From a virus (taxonomy: Duplodnaviria > Caudoviricetes): a stretch of DNA of 64,000 nucleotides. Positions 8,100 through 18,149 of the stretch are shown here, in pieces. Position 1 is the stretch's first letter. Each line of letters opens with the position of its first letter. Under the pieces are notes generated by a model. That model was not told where the DNA came from and searched no databases. It was given only the letters and a program-made list of their open reading frames with translations. Location: IMG/VR virus record IMGVR_UViG_2974623298_000001, positions 12,262 through 76,261 of that record. One strand, written 5' to 3'. Both the position numbers and the translations under genes were made by a program.

Positions 8100-11000
8100 T
8101 TGAACACGACTGCGGCGAATATCCTCGTCACCGCACAGGCCCGCCAGGCTCAAGCAGTTCTGGCCCGCGCACAGGCTGCGCTGCGTGGTCTTCAGTCGAC
8201 GGCACAAGGTGCCAACGCTGCCCAGGCTACCGCTGCGAATGCTGCTGCAAAGCAGATCGAAGCGGCTGAGGCCCGCAAGGCTTCGGCGGCTGCCAAGGCA
8301 TCTCTGGCAATTGAACAGGCGAATCTTCGCCAGATCAAATCTGAACAAGCGGCGTCTGTGGCCGCGGCCAGATCGGCAGCCGCCATATCTCTCTCTCAAA
8401 CAAAGGCGGCTGGTGCCGCCGAAGCGTCCGCCGCCAAGCAGGCGGCAGCGGCAGCGAAGATGTCGGCGGCAATGGAGCTCTCCGCCATGAAGCAGCAGGC
8501 TGCTATGGCGCAGCTCACGCTGGTTCAAATGCGTCAGCTCGCGCAGATGGAAGCGGCCTCGGCTCGTCAGATCGCCGCTGACAATCGCGCCGCGATGTCC
8601 GCAGCCAAGTCCGCTGCGCAGCAGGCTGCCGCACGCGAGTCGCTCACGATCGCTACACTTCGGGCGGTCGCCCGCGAAGAGGCTGCATCGGCACGCAAGA
8701 TCGCTGCCGATGCACGGGCTGCACTGCAGGCACAGGTGCTGGCGAATGCCGAGACCGGCAATCAGAATCGCGTAGTCACCGCACGCCTTCGCGCCGCAGC
8801 GCAGACCGCGTCTGCCAATGCAGCGAAGATCAACTCGGACAACGGCGCTGCCATCGCTGCCGAGGTTGCCGCCAACCGCGAGATGAGGGCAGCTCGCGAG
8901 GCTTCGCTCGCCGACATGGATCGCGCCATGAAGGCGCAGGCTGCGAACGCACGCAAGGCAGCATCGGACGCGCAGGCTGCAGTTAACGCGCAGGCAAACG
9001 CGATCAAGGAAGCTGCGGCAATGTCTGTCGCCGACACCGCACGCATCAAGAGTGCCGCAGTCGCCGCAGCCGAGAACGCACGCAAGATTGCATCAGACGC
9101 CGCCGTGGCAAACACGGCGGCTATGACTGCTGGTCGCGAGTCGGTTGCAAACGCACAGGCCGCTGCATCTGCCCGCATCGGCGCGCAGCAGAAGGTTGTC
9201 GCTGACGCACAGGCCAACGCCTCGCGAATGAATGCAGCAGCCGTTGCCGCAGCAGAGGCGTCGAAGATCGCTGCCGCCGAGGCGCGCGCCGCTGCAGCGG
9301 CCGAGAAGGCTGCCATTCAGATCACCGCCGCGAAGCAGCGCGAGATCGCAGCGAACGCGGCAGCCACCGGATCGAACCGCACCTGGTCGGCCAGCATGAC
9401 TGCAGCCGGTTCGCGTATGCAGTGGATCGGTCGCCAGCTGTCACAGAACTTCACCGCACCCATGCTGCTGGCTACAGGCATTGGCGTCAAGTTCGGGTTG
9501 GACATGGAGAAGTCCATGACCCGACTCGAGAAGGTGTACGCCGACCAGGGCCTGATCCGCGAGGCGGAAGCCAAGGGTATCAACCTTGTTCGCAACGAGG
9601 TTGATGCTCTCGAGCGCTCGTTCATTGCGCTGTCGAACAAGTATGGCGTGCAGGCTGACGAGGTTGCCAATGTCGCAGCCGAGTGGGCAGCTGCTGGTGC
9701 GTCCGGTCAGGCGCTTGCGCACCAGACTGACCTGACAATGAAGACCATGGTCCTCGGCGAGATGGATGCCGAGGAAGCAACGAAGTCCCTCATTGCCATT
9801 CAGTCCCAGTGGGGTGCGGTTACCGAGACCAACGCAGACCGCATGGGCAAGCTCTCCCTGGGCACCTCGGGACTCGCTAGCGATCAGCTCAGCCTTACCA
9901 CGATTCTCCGTCAGCTGAACGCAGTGGAGAATGAGACCGGCACCACGATGAACGACCTCGTTGTTGCGTTCTCGCGCGCATCGGGTGTCGCCCGCACTGC
10001 CGGCCTCGATACTGCACACCTTGCTGCAGCCACTGCAGCCCTCGTTCCCGCAGCCGGTAGTGCGGCTGAAGCGGGCAACGCGCTCAAGACGATCATCAGC
10101 CGTACCCTCACGCCCACTCGTGAATCTGCCCAGATCATGAACCTGATGGGCATTAACACCAGCAAGGCTGCATGGCAGAGCCTCAACGCAGGGCAGCGTC
10201 TCGAGGAGCTGTCCCGTCGGTTCGGCACCCTGACCGGCGCACAGAAGGCGCAGGTCTCGGCATCGCTTGGTTCCCGCTACCAGGTTAACAAGCTCGAGGT
10301 TCTGTTCTCCTCGATGGCGAACACAACCGGCTACTATCACAAGGCTCTCGCCAAGTTGGCGAACGAAGCTGACGTGGTGAAGATCGCCGAGGACGAGCTC
10401 AATACAGTCCTCGAGTCGCAGCCGCAGATGCTCAAGCAGGCTGGCGTCATCATTCAGAATAGTCTCATGAAGACTATGGTTCCGCTGATCCCGGTTGTCA
10501 TTCAGTTGACTCAGTGGATCGGCAAGGCGTTCGACGCGTTCTCGAACCTTCCCACTGGCGTACGTACCACACTCATTGGTCTCGGCCTGTTCCTCGCAAC
10601 AGTCGGCCCAATCATCATCTTCCTGGGAATCTTCAAGCTGGCCCTCGGTCAGCTGACCCCATTCTTCCTGGCACTCGGTCGAGCGATACTGTTCCCGGTT
10701 ACGGGACTCCTGAAGTTCGCTGGACTTCTACTCAAGCCGATCGCGGGTCTCGCGAAGCTGCGCGGAGCGCTGGCACTCACCGCACGAGCTTTCATGCTGA
10801 TCCCGGCCACCGCAGCCCTGATGCTGCGGGTCATCTCGTTCGCAATGGCGGGTACGCAGGCCGCAGTCGTCGTCGGTATGGCAGGCGTCAGGGCCGCATG
10901 GGCCACCGCCTGGGCGGCGATGATAACCTTCCAGACAGTCATGGGTATCGCCATGACTACTCGGCAGCGCATCATCTTCACGATCATGCTTGCAGCTCAG

Positions 11001-14000
11001 AACATCTGGGCAGCCGCATCGCTTGCCATCCAGCGCGGATGGGCTGCAGCCAGCGTCGTTGTCATGGCGGCATGGGGTGCAGCGTCTGCGCTTGCGCAGG
11101 GCGTGTACCACGCGATCATGCTTGCACGTCAGCGTGCGTGGCACGCGGCAGCACTGGCCCTGTCTGTCGGCTGGGCAACGGCTAGTATTCTGATTCAGAA
11201 GGCTTGGGCAGCGGCCTCGATCATCCTCACTGCAGCTTTCTGGAAGCGCATGTGGGTCGTCTTCGCGGCGGGCAACAAGGGTCTTCTGTCTATTCTTCTA
11301 GCAGGCGGCAAGGCGATTGTCGCACTGTTTGCTTCGCCTTGGGCAATTGCCATTGGCATTGTCATCGCACTGATCGTTCTGTTCCGCGATCAGATTGCAC
11401 AGGCCTGGAACAACATCGTCAACTACTTCAAGAACCTTCCCAAGGAAACAGCATCCGCGCTGTCGCCCCTTGCTAACATCTTCATACGAGCACGCAACGC
11501 TGTCGTGGGAGCATTCAACTCGCTGCCCGAGGGCGTGAAGGGTGCGCTCCTCAAGGTCGTTGCGATTGTTCGCGCAGCCGCCATGAAGGTGTACGAACTC
11601 TTCAGCTACCTCAACCCGTTCGCCCACCACTCGCCTTCGCTGGTCGAGAACGTGACGAACGGCATGGCTGTCGTTAACGCCCAGTTCGCCAACGCCTCGC
11701 GCAATGCGCAGTCGCATATCGGAAAGCTGCACAAGTCCATCAAGCAGTTGCAGGACTTGAGTTCGCCGATGCAGGCGCAGAACGACAAGGCGAAGGACGA
11801 CGAGTTCCGCGCAACGGCCACCAAGGCTGGCGCGGCCGGATCGCTGCCTGCATACGACGCGCTCAACGCTGACGTAAAGGCAGCGAAGAGCTACATGGAT
11901 CAGCTCAACAAGTCCATGGAGGCTCAGGAGCAGCGGCTCAAGGACATCAAGGCTGGTGTCGAGGCGTACGACGCAGCCATCGAGCAGATGAACTCTGCAC
12001 TCGAGGTTACCAAGGCTATCCAGGCCGACGTCAACACCGCCCTGGATGGAGCCAAGGCGCGTTACGACCGCTATGCCAACGCTCAAATCAAGGGCACGCG
12101 CGCCGCAGAGGACGCGCTGTTCGATAACGAGATGGCACAGAAGCGACTGCAGCTTCAGATCGCCAAGATGCAGGAAGAGTCCGGCACCGTAGATGACGTG
12201 ACAGACTCTTACTCGAAGCTCCAGGGCGAGATCGAAACACTGACCGCGAAGCAGACCGAGCTTCGTAAGGCTGGCGCTGGTTCGGATGTGCTGGGCACAT
12301 ACGACAAGATGATCGCCGACCTGAAGAGCCAGCAGTCCGGGCTCATGACTGGTGGTGCCGACAGTCCTGCTGGCAAAATCGCTGCACTCAACACTTCTCT
12401 TCAGGCGCTGCAGCGGCAGGCCGAGATCATGGACCTCGAGAAGTCCCTGAAGTTCGATTCGCTGAACCGCAAGATCGAGCAGTTCACCAACAATGTTGAA
12501 GAGCTGCCATACGGTCAGATCATGTCGGGGCTCGACGCTTCGCGCACCTCGATCAATGCACTGCAGTACTCCTATGATCAGCTCGACATGGTCATGGCGG
12601 GGCAGCAGGCTCGCATAGACGCCACCCAGGCGCAGCGCGATGCACTCCAGCAGACCTACGACTCTGAGAGTAAGCGCCTTGAGACCGTCCGCGAGAAGTA
12701 CGAGGCGGTTGAAGAGGCCGTTCGTAGCGGCGAGGAAGCACTCGAGTCGTTCTCGTCTGCGTCCGAGGAAGTCGTTCGTCGCCAGGAAGAGGCGGCGCGC
12801 GCAGCAGAAGAGGCCAGCAAGAAGCTCAAGAAGAAGAAGGGCGGCGCTGGCGGCGACAGTGGCGATGAGCTGACCCCTGGTGCACAGAACTTCCTTGAGG
12901 GTGCGGCTGGTGACTTCGAGACCTTCGGCGGAATGTCCACCGTTGGTCGTGAGGGCGCAGGTCTTGATCAGTCTGCACAGATCGACGAGTTCACCAACAG
13001 CCTTACCGCCGATCTTGAGAAGCAGCTCGGTGGCCTCAATCCGTTCTCGGGATTGAAGAACGCTTGGAACAAGACGGTCGGCTGGTTCAAGGGCATGATG
13101 CCCGGCTTCGGCGACATCTTCAAGAACGTCGGCAGTGGGATCGGCAGTGCGTTCTCGTCTGACAAGAATGAGAACGTCAAGCGGTTCGGTGACGCACTCT
13201 CTAACTCCGTTGAGGCTTTGAAGAATGTTTGGGAGTGGATCAAGAAGGGCGGGTCCATAATTGGAAAGCTCTTCGGTCCAGACTTGCAGGCAACCCTTCA
13301 GGGGCTCGGTGACGGGTTCAAGACCGTCATGGATAAGATTGGCCCACCGCTGTCGGAGCTCGGTAAGGTTGCGATCCCGTTCCTGACCACCGCATTCCAG
13401 CACCTGTCGCCAGTCATTGGCGTATTTGTTGCGGCCCTTGAGGTTGTCTGGGAAGTTATCAATGGCGCCATCGGCCCAGTGTTCAGCTGGCTTGGCGACC
13501 TGATCAGTTCGATCATCCGCATCATCACTGGTATTGTGAAGATCCTCATGGGTGCCATGAAGGTGATTCAGGGTGTCATCATGGTGGTCGTCGGCATCAT
13601 CAAGGGTGTCATCGGACTGTTCATGGGCGAGGGCCTGTCGGGCTTCAGTATGTTCGGCGACGGACTGAAGAAGATCTTCGGCGGGTTCGGTGACATGTTC
13701 GGCGGTATCGTCGACATCGTCAAGGGCATCTTCACGGCAATCTGGAGCACGATCAAGAATGCCGTTAAGCTGATCTGGAACGTTGTCTGGGGTCTCGTCA
13801 AGGGCATCATCGACTTCTTCAAGACGATGTGGGACGTTCTCGTCGGACACTCGATTGTGCCTGATACGATCAATGCGATCATCGACTGGTTCAAGGAGCT
13901 GCCCAGCAAGCTGCCTGGTATGGTGTGGGGACTCATCACCAAGGTGATTGGCTTCTTCCTAAAGCTGCCGATCATGATTGGCCAGGCTCTAATAAAGCTT

Positions 14001-17000
14001 GGCGGGTTCCTGTTCGGAGCGTTCACGTCTGCAATGGCGTGGCTCCTGCCGAAGCTGCCGGGGTTCATCTGGAATATCGTCAAGTTCTTTGCGGCACTGC
14101 CGTTCAAGATCATCGGCGCACTCGTCGGGTTCGGGGCCAAGCTCCTCGGCTGGCTCGGACAGGCCATCGCCTGGCTGGTGCCCCAGCTCCCAGGCATTGT
14201 GTGGAATATCATCACCTTCTTCGCAACGCTCCCATTCAAGATCATTGGAGCACTGCTCGGGTTCGGCGCCAAGCTGTTCGAGTGGGCGAAGAACGCATTC
14301 ATCTGGCTAGCCCAGAATCTGCCAGGAGTGATCGGCAACGTCATCAGCTTCTTCGCTGGCCTGCCAGGGAAGCTGATCGGAGCGCTGCTCGGCTTGGGCG
14401 CGAAGCTGTTTGAGTGGGCGAAGAACGCATTCATCTGGCTAGCGCAGCGTATGCCTGGAATCGTCCAGGGGATTGTCGATTACTTTAAGGAGTTGCCTGG
14501 TAACTTTGTTCGAGGCCTTGGGGTCATCGGCAAGTTCCTGTGGGAGTGGATGAAGAGGGGCTGGGACTTCCTGGTCAACGAGCTCCCCGGCATTGTCGCT
14601 GGGTTCCTGAAGTGGATCGGCGGCATTCCTGGAATGTTGCTGGGCAAGCTCGGCGACGGCGCCAAGGTGCTGTACAACTACGGCAAGGACATGATCCAGG
14701 GCCTGATGAATGGCACCGCGGGTCTGCTCAAGAAGCTCGGCGACTGGTTCCTCGACAAGATTCCCGGCTGGATCAAGACGCCGTTCAAGAAGGCGCTCGG
14801 CATTGCATCGCCATCAAAGGTGTTCGCTGGCTACGGCGTGAACATCGGCGAAGGTCTTGTCAAGGGTATTGGCAGTATGCAGGGGCAGGTTGAATCTGCC
14901 TCGGTCGCAATGGCTGCCGCTGCCGACAAGGGCGAGGTCGGAGGCATGGCGATCTCGGCCGTTGCTGACACTTCATCGGTGGGTGGCTCCGTGTCCGCGC
15001 TAGGGGATGCCGTTGCAGCATCCGGCCCGGTGGGGGTCGATACGGCGGCGGAGCCGACCGCCGACATCGCGCCGATGCTCGCCGCAGCCGAAGCAGCGTT
15101 CGATGCCTTTGACGCATCCATGAAGACGAAGATGGCAGCCTTCACTGCCGCAGTGACAGTCATGTTTGCTGCGATGGTGACAGGGGTCTTGTCGTCCCTT
15201 GATCAGGTGAGCATCGGTGGAACTGCATCGTTCACCTCGATGCAGGCATCGGTTGTTGCCATCGTGACCGCGATGGTCTCGACAGTGCAGGCGCAGCTCG
15301 CGCTACTGATCAGCCACGTAACTCAGTTTGGACTGGCATTCACGGCAGCCTGGGCTGGCGCATGGAATGCCTGGAAGGACAGCACCACAACCGGCGTCGA
15401 TCACACTCTGTCTGAGTGGGAACGCATGGCGACGGGTATGCGAGACATCACAGACAACAGCATCAAGCCTGTGTTTGACTCGCTTGCACTGATGCTGACG
15501 AACGCGGAGACAGGCTTCGGCCAGGCTGTAACAAACATCGGAGAAAGCTGGAAGGGCCTCCGCTTCGGCACCGGCGAGCCGGTCAACTTCACCATCACAG
15601 ACGTGTACGGCAAGGGCCTCCTGCCAGTCTGGAACGCGGTTGCTGACCTCATCGGCGGCAACAAGATGAGCCCGATGAATCCGATCGCCCTGGCAACAGG
15701 TGGTTTTGTTCGCGGACCAGGCACGGAAACCAGCGACTCGATCCCGGCAATGCTGTCGCGCGGCGAGTTTGTTCTGAACGCTCGGGCAACCGAGGCGGCT
15801 GGCGTCAACAACCTGATGACCTTCAACAACTTGAACGGTCGCGGCGGACCTGGCGCATTGCAGGGCATGTTCGGTATCGGTGGGGACATGCGGGTGCATC
15901 TCGCAACCGGTGGTCCCGCAGACCCCGGCTCGCCTGCATGGAAGGCGCTTGCACGAGGCCACGAGTTTGCACGACGCATCTCGCCCGGACCCTACAGCCT
16001 TGGCGGTAGTTCGGGCGGCACTAACGCAGGCTACACCGACTGCTCTGGCTTCCAGTCGGAAGTTGCAGACGTCATCATGGGCGGGCCTGGCGGTTCGCGC
16101 AAGTGGGCAACCGGCAGCTTCCCCGGAGGCGGCGGTGCTCAGGGCGGCGTCGTCAACATCGGCAATCAGATGTGGGTCAAGGGCCTTGGTGCCGGGCACT
16201 CCATCGGTATCAGCGTTCCGCACGCGGCGGGCACCCTGGGCGGCGTACCCGGCCTGCCTACAGTTAACATCGAGTCCGGTGGTGGAACCGGAGGCGGTGC
16301 GACTTATGGTGGCCGAGCGACCGGAGCAAACGATCCTCAGTTCCCGACACAGTACCACCTGAACGTCATTGACGGTATGTTCGTTCCGGCGACTGGTGGA
16401 GCTGGTGCCAGCATGGTCGACATACTCAAGGGTATGAGCGACGGTGGGCTCAAGCACATGGTGCAGCTTGCCCGCGATTACCAGGGCAAGGGCAACGCTG
16501 GAAAGGTTCCGCTACTTACTGCACAGTACTGGGACAAGGGCACTCGAGCCAAGATCGAGACCGAGGGTAAGCGGATGGATGCCGCTGGCCCTGCCGTCGC
16601 AGGCGACATCGCAGGTGTCGAACGCTGGCGTCCGATGGTCATTGCAGCCCTCAAGCGCAACGGATTCGCTGGTACCAAGCGTGAGCAAGACCTCATGCTT
16701 GCGCAGATTCAGTCGGAATCTTCGGGCAACCCCGGTGCCATCCAGCAGGTCCAGGATGTGAACTCGGGCGGCAACGAGGCGGCAGGTCTTCTACAGATCG
16801 CCAAGGGCACATGGCCTGGCGTGCGCGACCCGTCGCTGCCTGACGACAGGCTTAACCCCTGGGCCAACATGAACGGTGCTCTGCGCTACTACAGGCAGAC
16901 CTATGGTGACGACCTCGGCACACACTGGGGCAAGGGCACGGGCTACGACTCGGGCGGCGTTCTGCCTCCGGGCTTCACGCTGGCCAACAACCAGACCGGT

Positions 17001-18149
17001 GGACCTGAGGCTATCCTCACGGCAGCTCAGTGGAGCGCGATGTTCGCTATCGCAGCGAAGCCGCCTCTGGATGAGGATACGATCCAGGGCGCAATGGAAG
17101 CTGCGAACATCGCAACGGGCAACACTGACGACGCGACCACGGCAGCTATCATCAAGGGCATGGATGTCTGGTCCTCGGCCTGGACTCCGGAGATGGTTGA
17201 CTCCACCAAGGCTGCTACCGATGCCTCGGAGAAGGTGGCCGACGCTGCGGACAAGCAGAGCTCCAGCACGGTACTGTTGAGCAAGAGCCTCGGCAAGTAC
17301 GACGCGCAGATTGCATCGCTGTCCAAGGTTCTCACTGCGTTCTCGAACAGCGCGCAGCAGTCCGTGAAGGTTACGGTCAACGTCACCAACGGTACAGCCA
17401 CCACTGGCAATACCTCGACGGTGGGCACGAACTCGAAGGGCGAGCAGACCATTACGGTCGAGCAGCCAACCTTTGAGCAGTGGGCACCGACCCTGAACGC
17501 GCTGGCAGACTTCTTCGATACTCTGCCGTACGCGGAGCGGGACTGGCAGGCCGACAACCCGGTCGCAGGCGAGACCGAGCAGCAGCGCAAGGCTCGTATT
17601 GCGCAGAATAACCTGACCAACTTCGCAAAGGGTGGATACAATATCCTGCGAGATGTTGGCCCTGTCATGCTGCGTCACACGGCGATCATCGGTACTGCGA
17701 TCGAGCGGTTGGCAAAGGAAGATGGACCCGCATGGAGTGCAGCACTTGCGGCCATCGCGGCCAACAACCCCGCTGGTTACGCTGTGGCTGCACTGCTAGC
17801 GTTCAAGACGATCGCAACGATGTTGCCTTTGATCCTCGCCGCGATCATGGACATTGTGCCCGCGTTGATCCGTGCTATCGTTAGGTTCCTCACCCAGTTC
17901 ATGCCGGATTCAGTGTTCGCTTACGCGGACATGGCAGCAGCCGAGGCGGCTGTCACTGAACAGCAGGCGGGCGGCGAGGTCGCTATGGGCCAGGGCCAGC
18001 GGTACCCAACAGATGCAATGTCAACTGCGAGTGGCAACGAAAGTATCACACTGAACATGTACGGAGACTTGGTCATGCCGAATGTCAGCGACGGTAGCGA
18101 TGCAAACGACTTCGTCGAGCAGCTCAAGCTGTTGGCGGCGGGCTCATGA
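8100..18149 (+). CDS. Tape measure protein with C-terminal peptidoglycan-hydrolase domains
   Basis: 3349 aa; Ala-rich coiled coil, TP901-type TMP core, Trp/Phe amphipathic repeats, DCSG motif, SLT-like QIQSESSGNP...GLLQI. Confidence 0.95.
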   Translation: MNTTAANILVTAQARQAQAVLARAQAALRGLQSTAQGANAAQATAANAAAKQIEAAEARKASAAAKASLAIEQANLRQIKSEQAASVAAARSAAAISLSQTKAAGAAEASAAKQAAAAAKMSAAMELSAMKQQAAMAQLTLVQMRQLAQMEAASARQIAADNRAAMSAAKSAAQQAAARESLTIATLRAVAREEAASARKIAADARAALQAQVLANAETGNQNRVVTARLRAAAQTASANAAKINSDNGAAIAAEVAANREMRAAREASLADMDRAMKAQAANARKAASDAQAAVNAQANAIKEAAAMSVADTARIKSAAVAAAENARKIASDAAVANTAAMTAGRESVANAQAAASARIGAQQKVVADAQANASRMNAAAVAAAEASKIAAAEARAAAAAEKAAIQITAAKQREIAANAAATGSNRTWSASMTAAGSRMQWIGRQLSQNFTAPMLLATGIGVKFGLDMEKSMTRLEKVYADQGLIREAEAKGINLVRNEVDALERSFIALSNKYGVQADEVANVAAEWAAAGASGQALAHQTDLTMKTMVLGEMDAEEATKSLIAIQSQWGAVTETNADRMGKLSLGTSGLASDQLSLTTILRQLNAVENETGTTMNDLVVAFSRASGVARTAGLDTAHLAAATAALVPAAGSAAEAGNALKTIISRTLTPTRESAQIMNLMGINTSKAAWQSLNAGQRLEELSRRFGTLTGAQKAQVSASLGSRYQVNKLEVLFSSMANTTGYYHKALAKLANEADVVKIAEDELNTVLESQPQMLKQAGVIIQNSLMKTMVPLIPVVIQLTQWIGKAFDAFSNLPTGVRTTLIGLGLFLATVGPIIIFLGIFKLALGQLTPFFLALGRAILFPVTGLLKFAGLLLKPIAGLAKLRGALALTARAFMLIPATAALMLRVISFAMAGTQAAVVVGMAGVRAAWATAWAAMITFQTVMGIAMTTRQRIIFTIMLAAQNIWAAASLAIQRGWAAASVVVMAAWGAASALAQGVYHAIMLARQRAWHAAALALSVGWATASILIQKAWAAASIILTAAFWKRMWVVFAAGNKGLLSILLAGGKAIVALFASPWAIAIGIVIALIVLFRDQIAQAWNNIVNYFKNLPKETASALSPLANIFIRARNAVVGAFNSLPEGVKGALLKVVAIVRAAAMKVYELFSYLNPFAHHSPSLVENVTNGMAVVNAQFANASRNAQSHIGKLHKSIKQLQDLSSPMQAQNDKAKDDEFRATATKAGAAGSLPAYDALNADVKAAKSYMDQLNKSMEAQEQRLKDIKAGVEAYDAAIEQMNSALEVTKAIQADVNTALDGAKARYDRYANAQIKGTRAAEDALFDNEMAQKRLQLQIAKMQEESGTVDDVTDSYSKLQGEIETLTAKQTELRKAGAGSDVLGTYDKMIADLKSQQSGLMTGGADSPAGKIAALNTSLQALQRQAEIMDLEKSLKFDSLNRKIEQFTNNVEELPYGQIMSGLDASRTSINALQYSYDQLDMVMAGQQARIDATQAQRDALQQTYDSESKRLETVREKYEAVEEAVRSGEEALESFSSASEEVVRRQEEAARAAEEASKKLKKKKGGAGGDSGDELTPGAQNFLEGAAGDFETFGGMSTVGREGAGLDQSAQIDEFTNSLTADLEKQLGGLNPFSGLKNAWNKTVGWFKGMMPGFGDIFKNVGSGIGSAFSSDKNENVKRFGDALSNSVEALKNVWEWIKKGGSIIGKLFGPDLQATLQGLGDGFKTVMDKIGPPLSELGKVAIPFLTTAFQHLSPVIGVFVAALEVVWEVINGAIGPVFSWLGDLISSIIRIITGIVKILMGAMKVIQGVIMVVVGIIKGVIGLFMGEGLSGFSMFGDGLKKIFGGFGDMFGGIVDIVKGIFTAIWSTIKNAVKLIWNVVWGLVKGIIDFFKTMWDVLVGHSIVPDTINAIIDWFKELPSKLPGMVWGLITKVIGFFLKLPIMIGQALIKLGGFLFGAFTSAMAWLLPKLPGFIWNIVKFFAALPFKIIGALVGFGAKLLGWLGQAIAWLVPQLPGIVWNIITFFATLPFKIIGALLGFGAKLFEWAKNAFIWLAQNLPGVIGNVISFFAGLPGKLIGALLGLGAKLFEWAKNAFIWLAQRMPGIVQGIVDYFKELPGNFVRGLGVIGKFLWEWMKRGWDFLVNELPGIVAGFLKWIGGIPGMLLGKLGDGAKVLYNYGKDMIQGLMNGTAGLLKKLGDWFLDKIPGWIKTPFKKALGIASPSKVFAGYGVNIGEGLVKGIGSMQGQVESASVAMAAAADKGEVGGMAISAVADTSSVGGSVSALGDAVAASGPVGVDTAAEPTADIAPMLAAAEAAFDAFDASMKTKMAAFTAAVTVMFAAMVTGVLSSLDQVSIGGTASFTSMQASVVAIVTAMVSTVQAQLALLISHVTQFGLAFTAAWAGAWNAWKDSTTTGVDHTLSEWERMATGMRDITDNSIKPVFDSLALMLTNAETGFGQAVTNIGESWKGLRFGTGEPVNFTITDVYGKGLLPVWNAVADLIGGNKMSPMNPIALATGGFVRGPGTETSDSIPAMLSRGEFVLNARATEAAGVNNLMTFNNLNGRGGPGALQGMFGIGGDMRVHLATGGPADPGSPAWKALARGHEFARRISPGPYSLGGSSGGTNAGYTDCSGFQSEVADVIMGGPGGSRKWATGSFPGGGGAQGGVVNIGNQMWVKGLGAGHSIGISVPHAAGTLGGVPGLPTVNIESGGGTGGGATYGGRATGANDPQFPTQYHLNVIDGMFVPATGGAGASMVDILKGMSDGGLKHMVQLARDYQGKGNAGKVPLLTAQYWDKGTRAKIETEGKRMDAAGPAVAGDIAGVERWRPMVIAALKRNGFAGTKREQDLMLAQIQSESSGNPGAIQQVQDVNSGGNEAAGLLQIAKGTWPGVRDPSLPDDRLNPWANMNGALRYYRQTYGDDLGTHWGKGTGYDSGGVLPPGFTLANNQTGGPEAILTAAQWSAMFAIAAKPPLDEDTIQGAMEAANIATGNTDDATTAAIIKGMDVWSSAWTPEMVDSTKAATDASEKVADAADKQSSSTVLLSKSLGKYDAQIASLSKVLTAFSNSAQQSVKVTVNVTNGTATTGNTSTVGTNSKGEQTITVEQPTFEQWAPTLNALADFFDTLPYAERDWQADNPVAGETEQQRKARIAQNNLTNFAKGGYNILRDVGPVMLRHTAIIGTAIERLAKEDGPAWSAALAAIAANNPAGYAVAALLAFKTIATMLPLILAAIMDIVPALIRAIVRFLTQFMPDSVFAYADMAAAEAAVTEQQAGGEVAMGQGQRYPTDAMSTASGNESITLNMYGDLVMPNVSDGSDANDFVEQLKLLAAGS

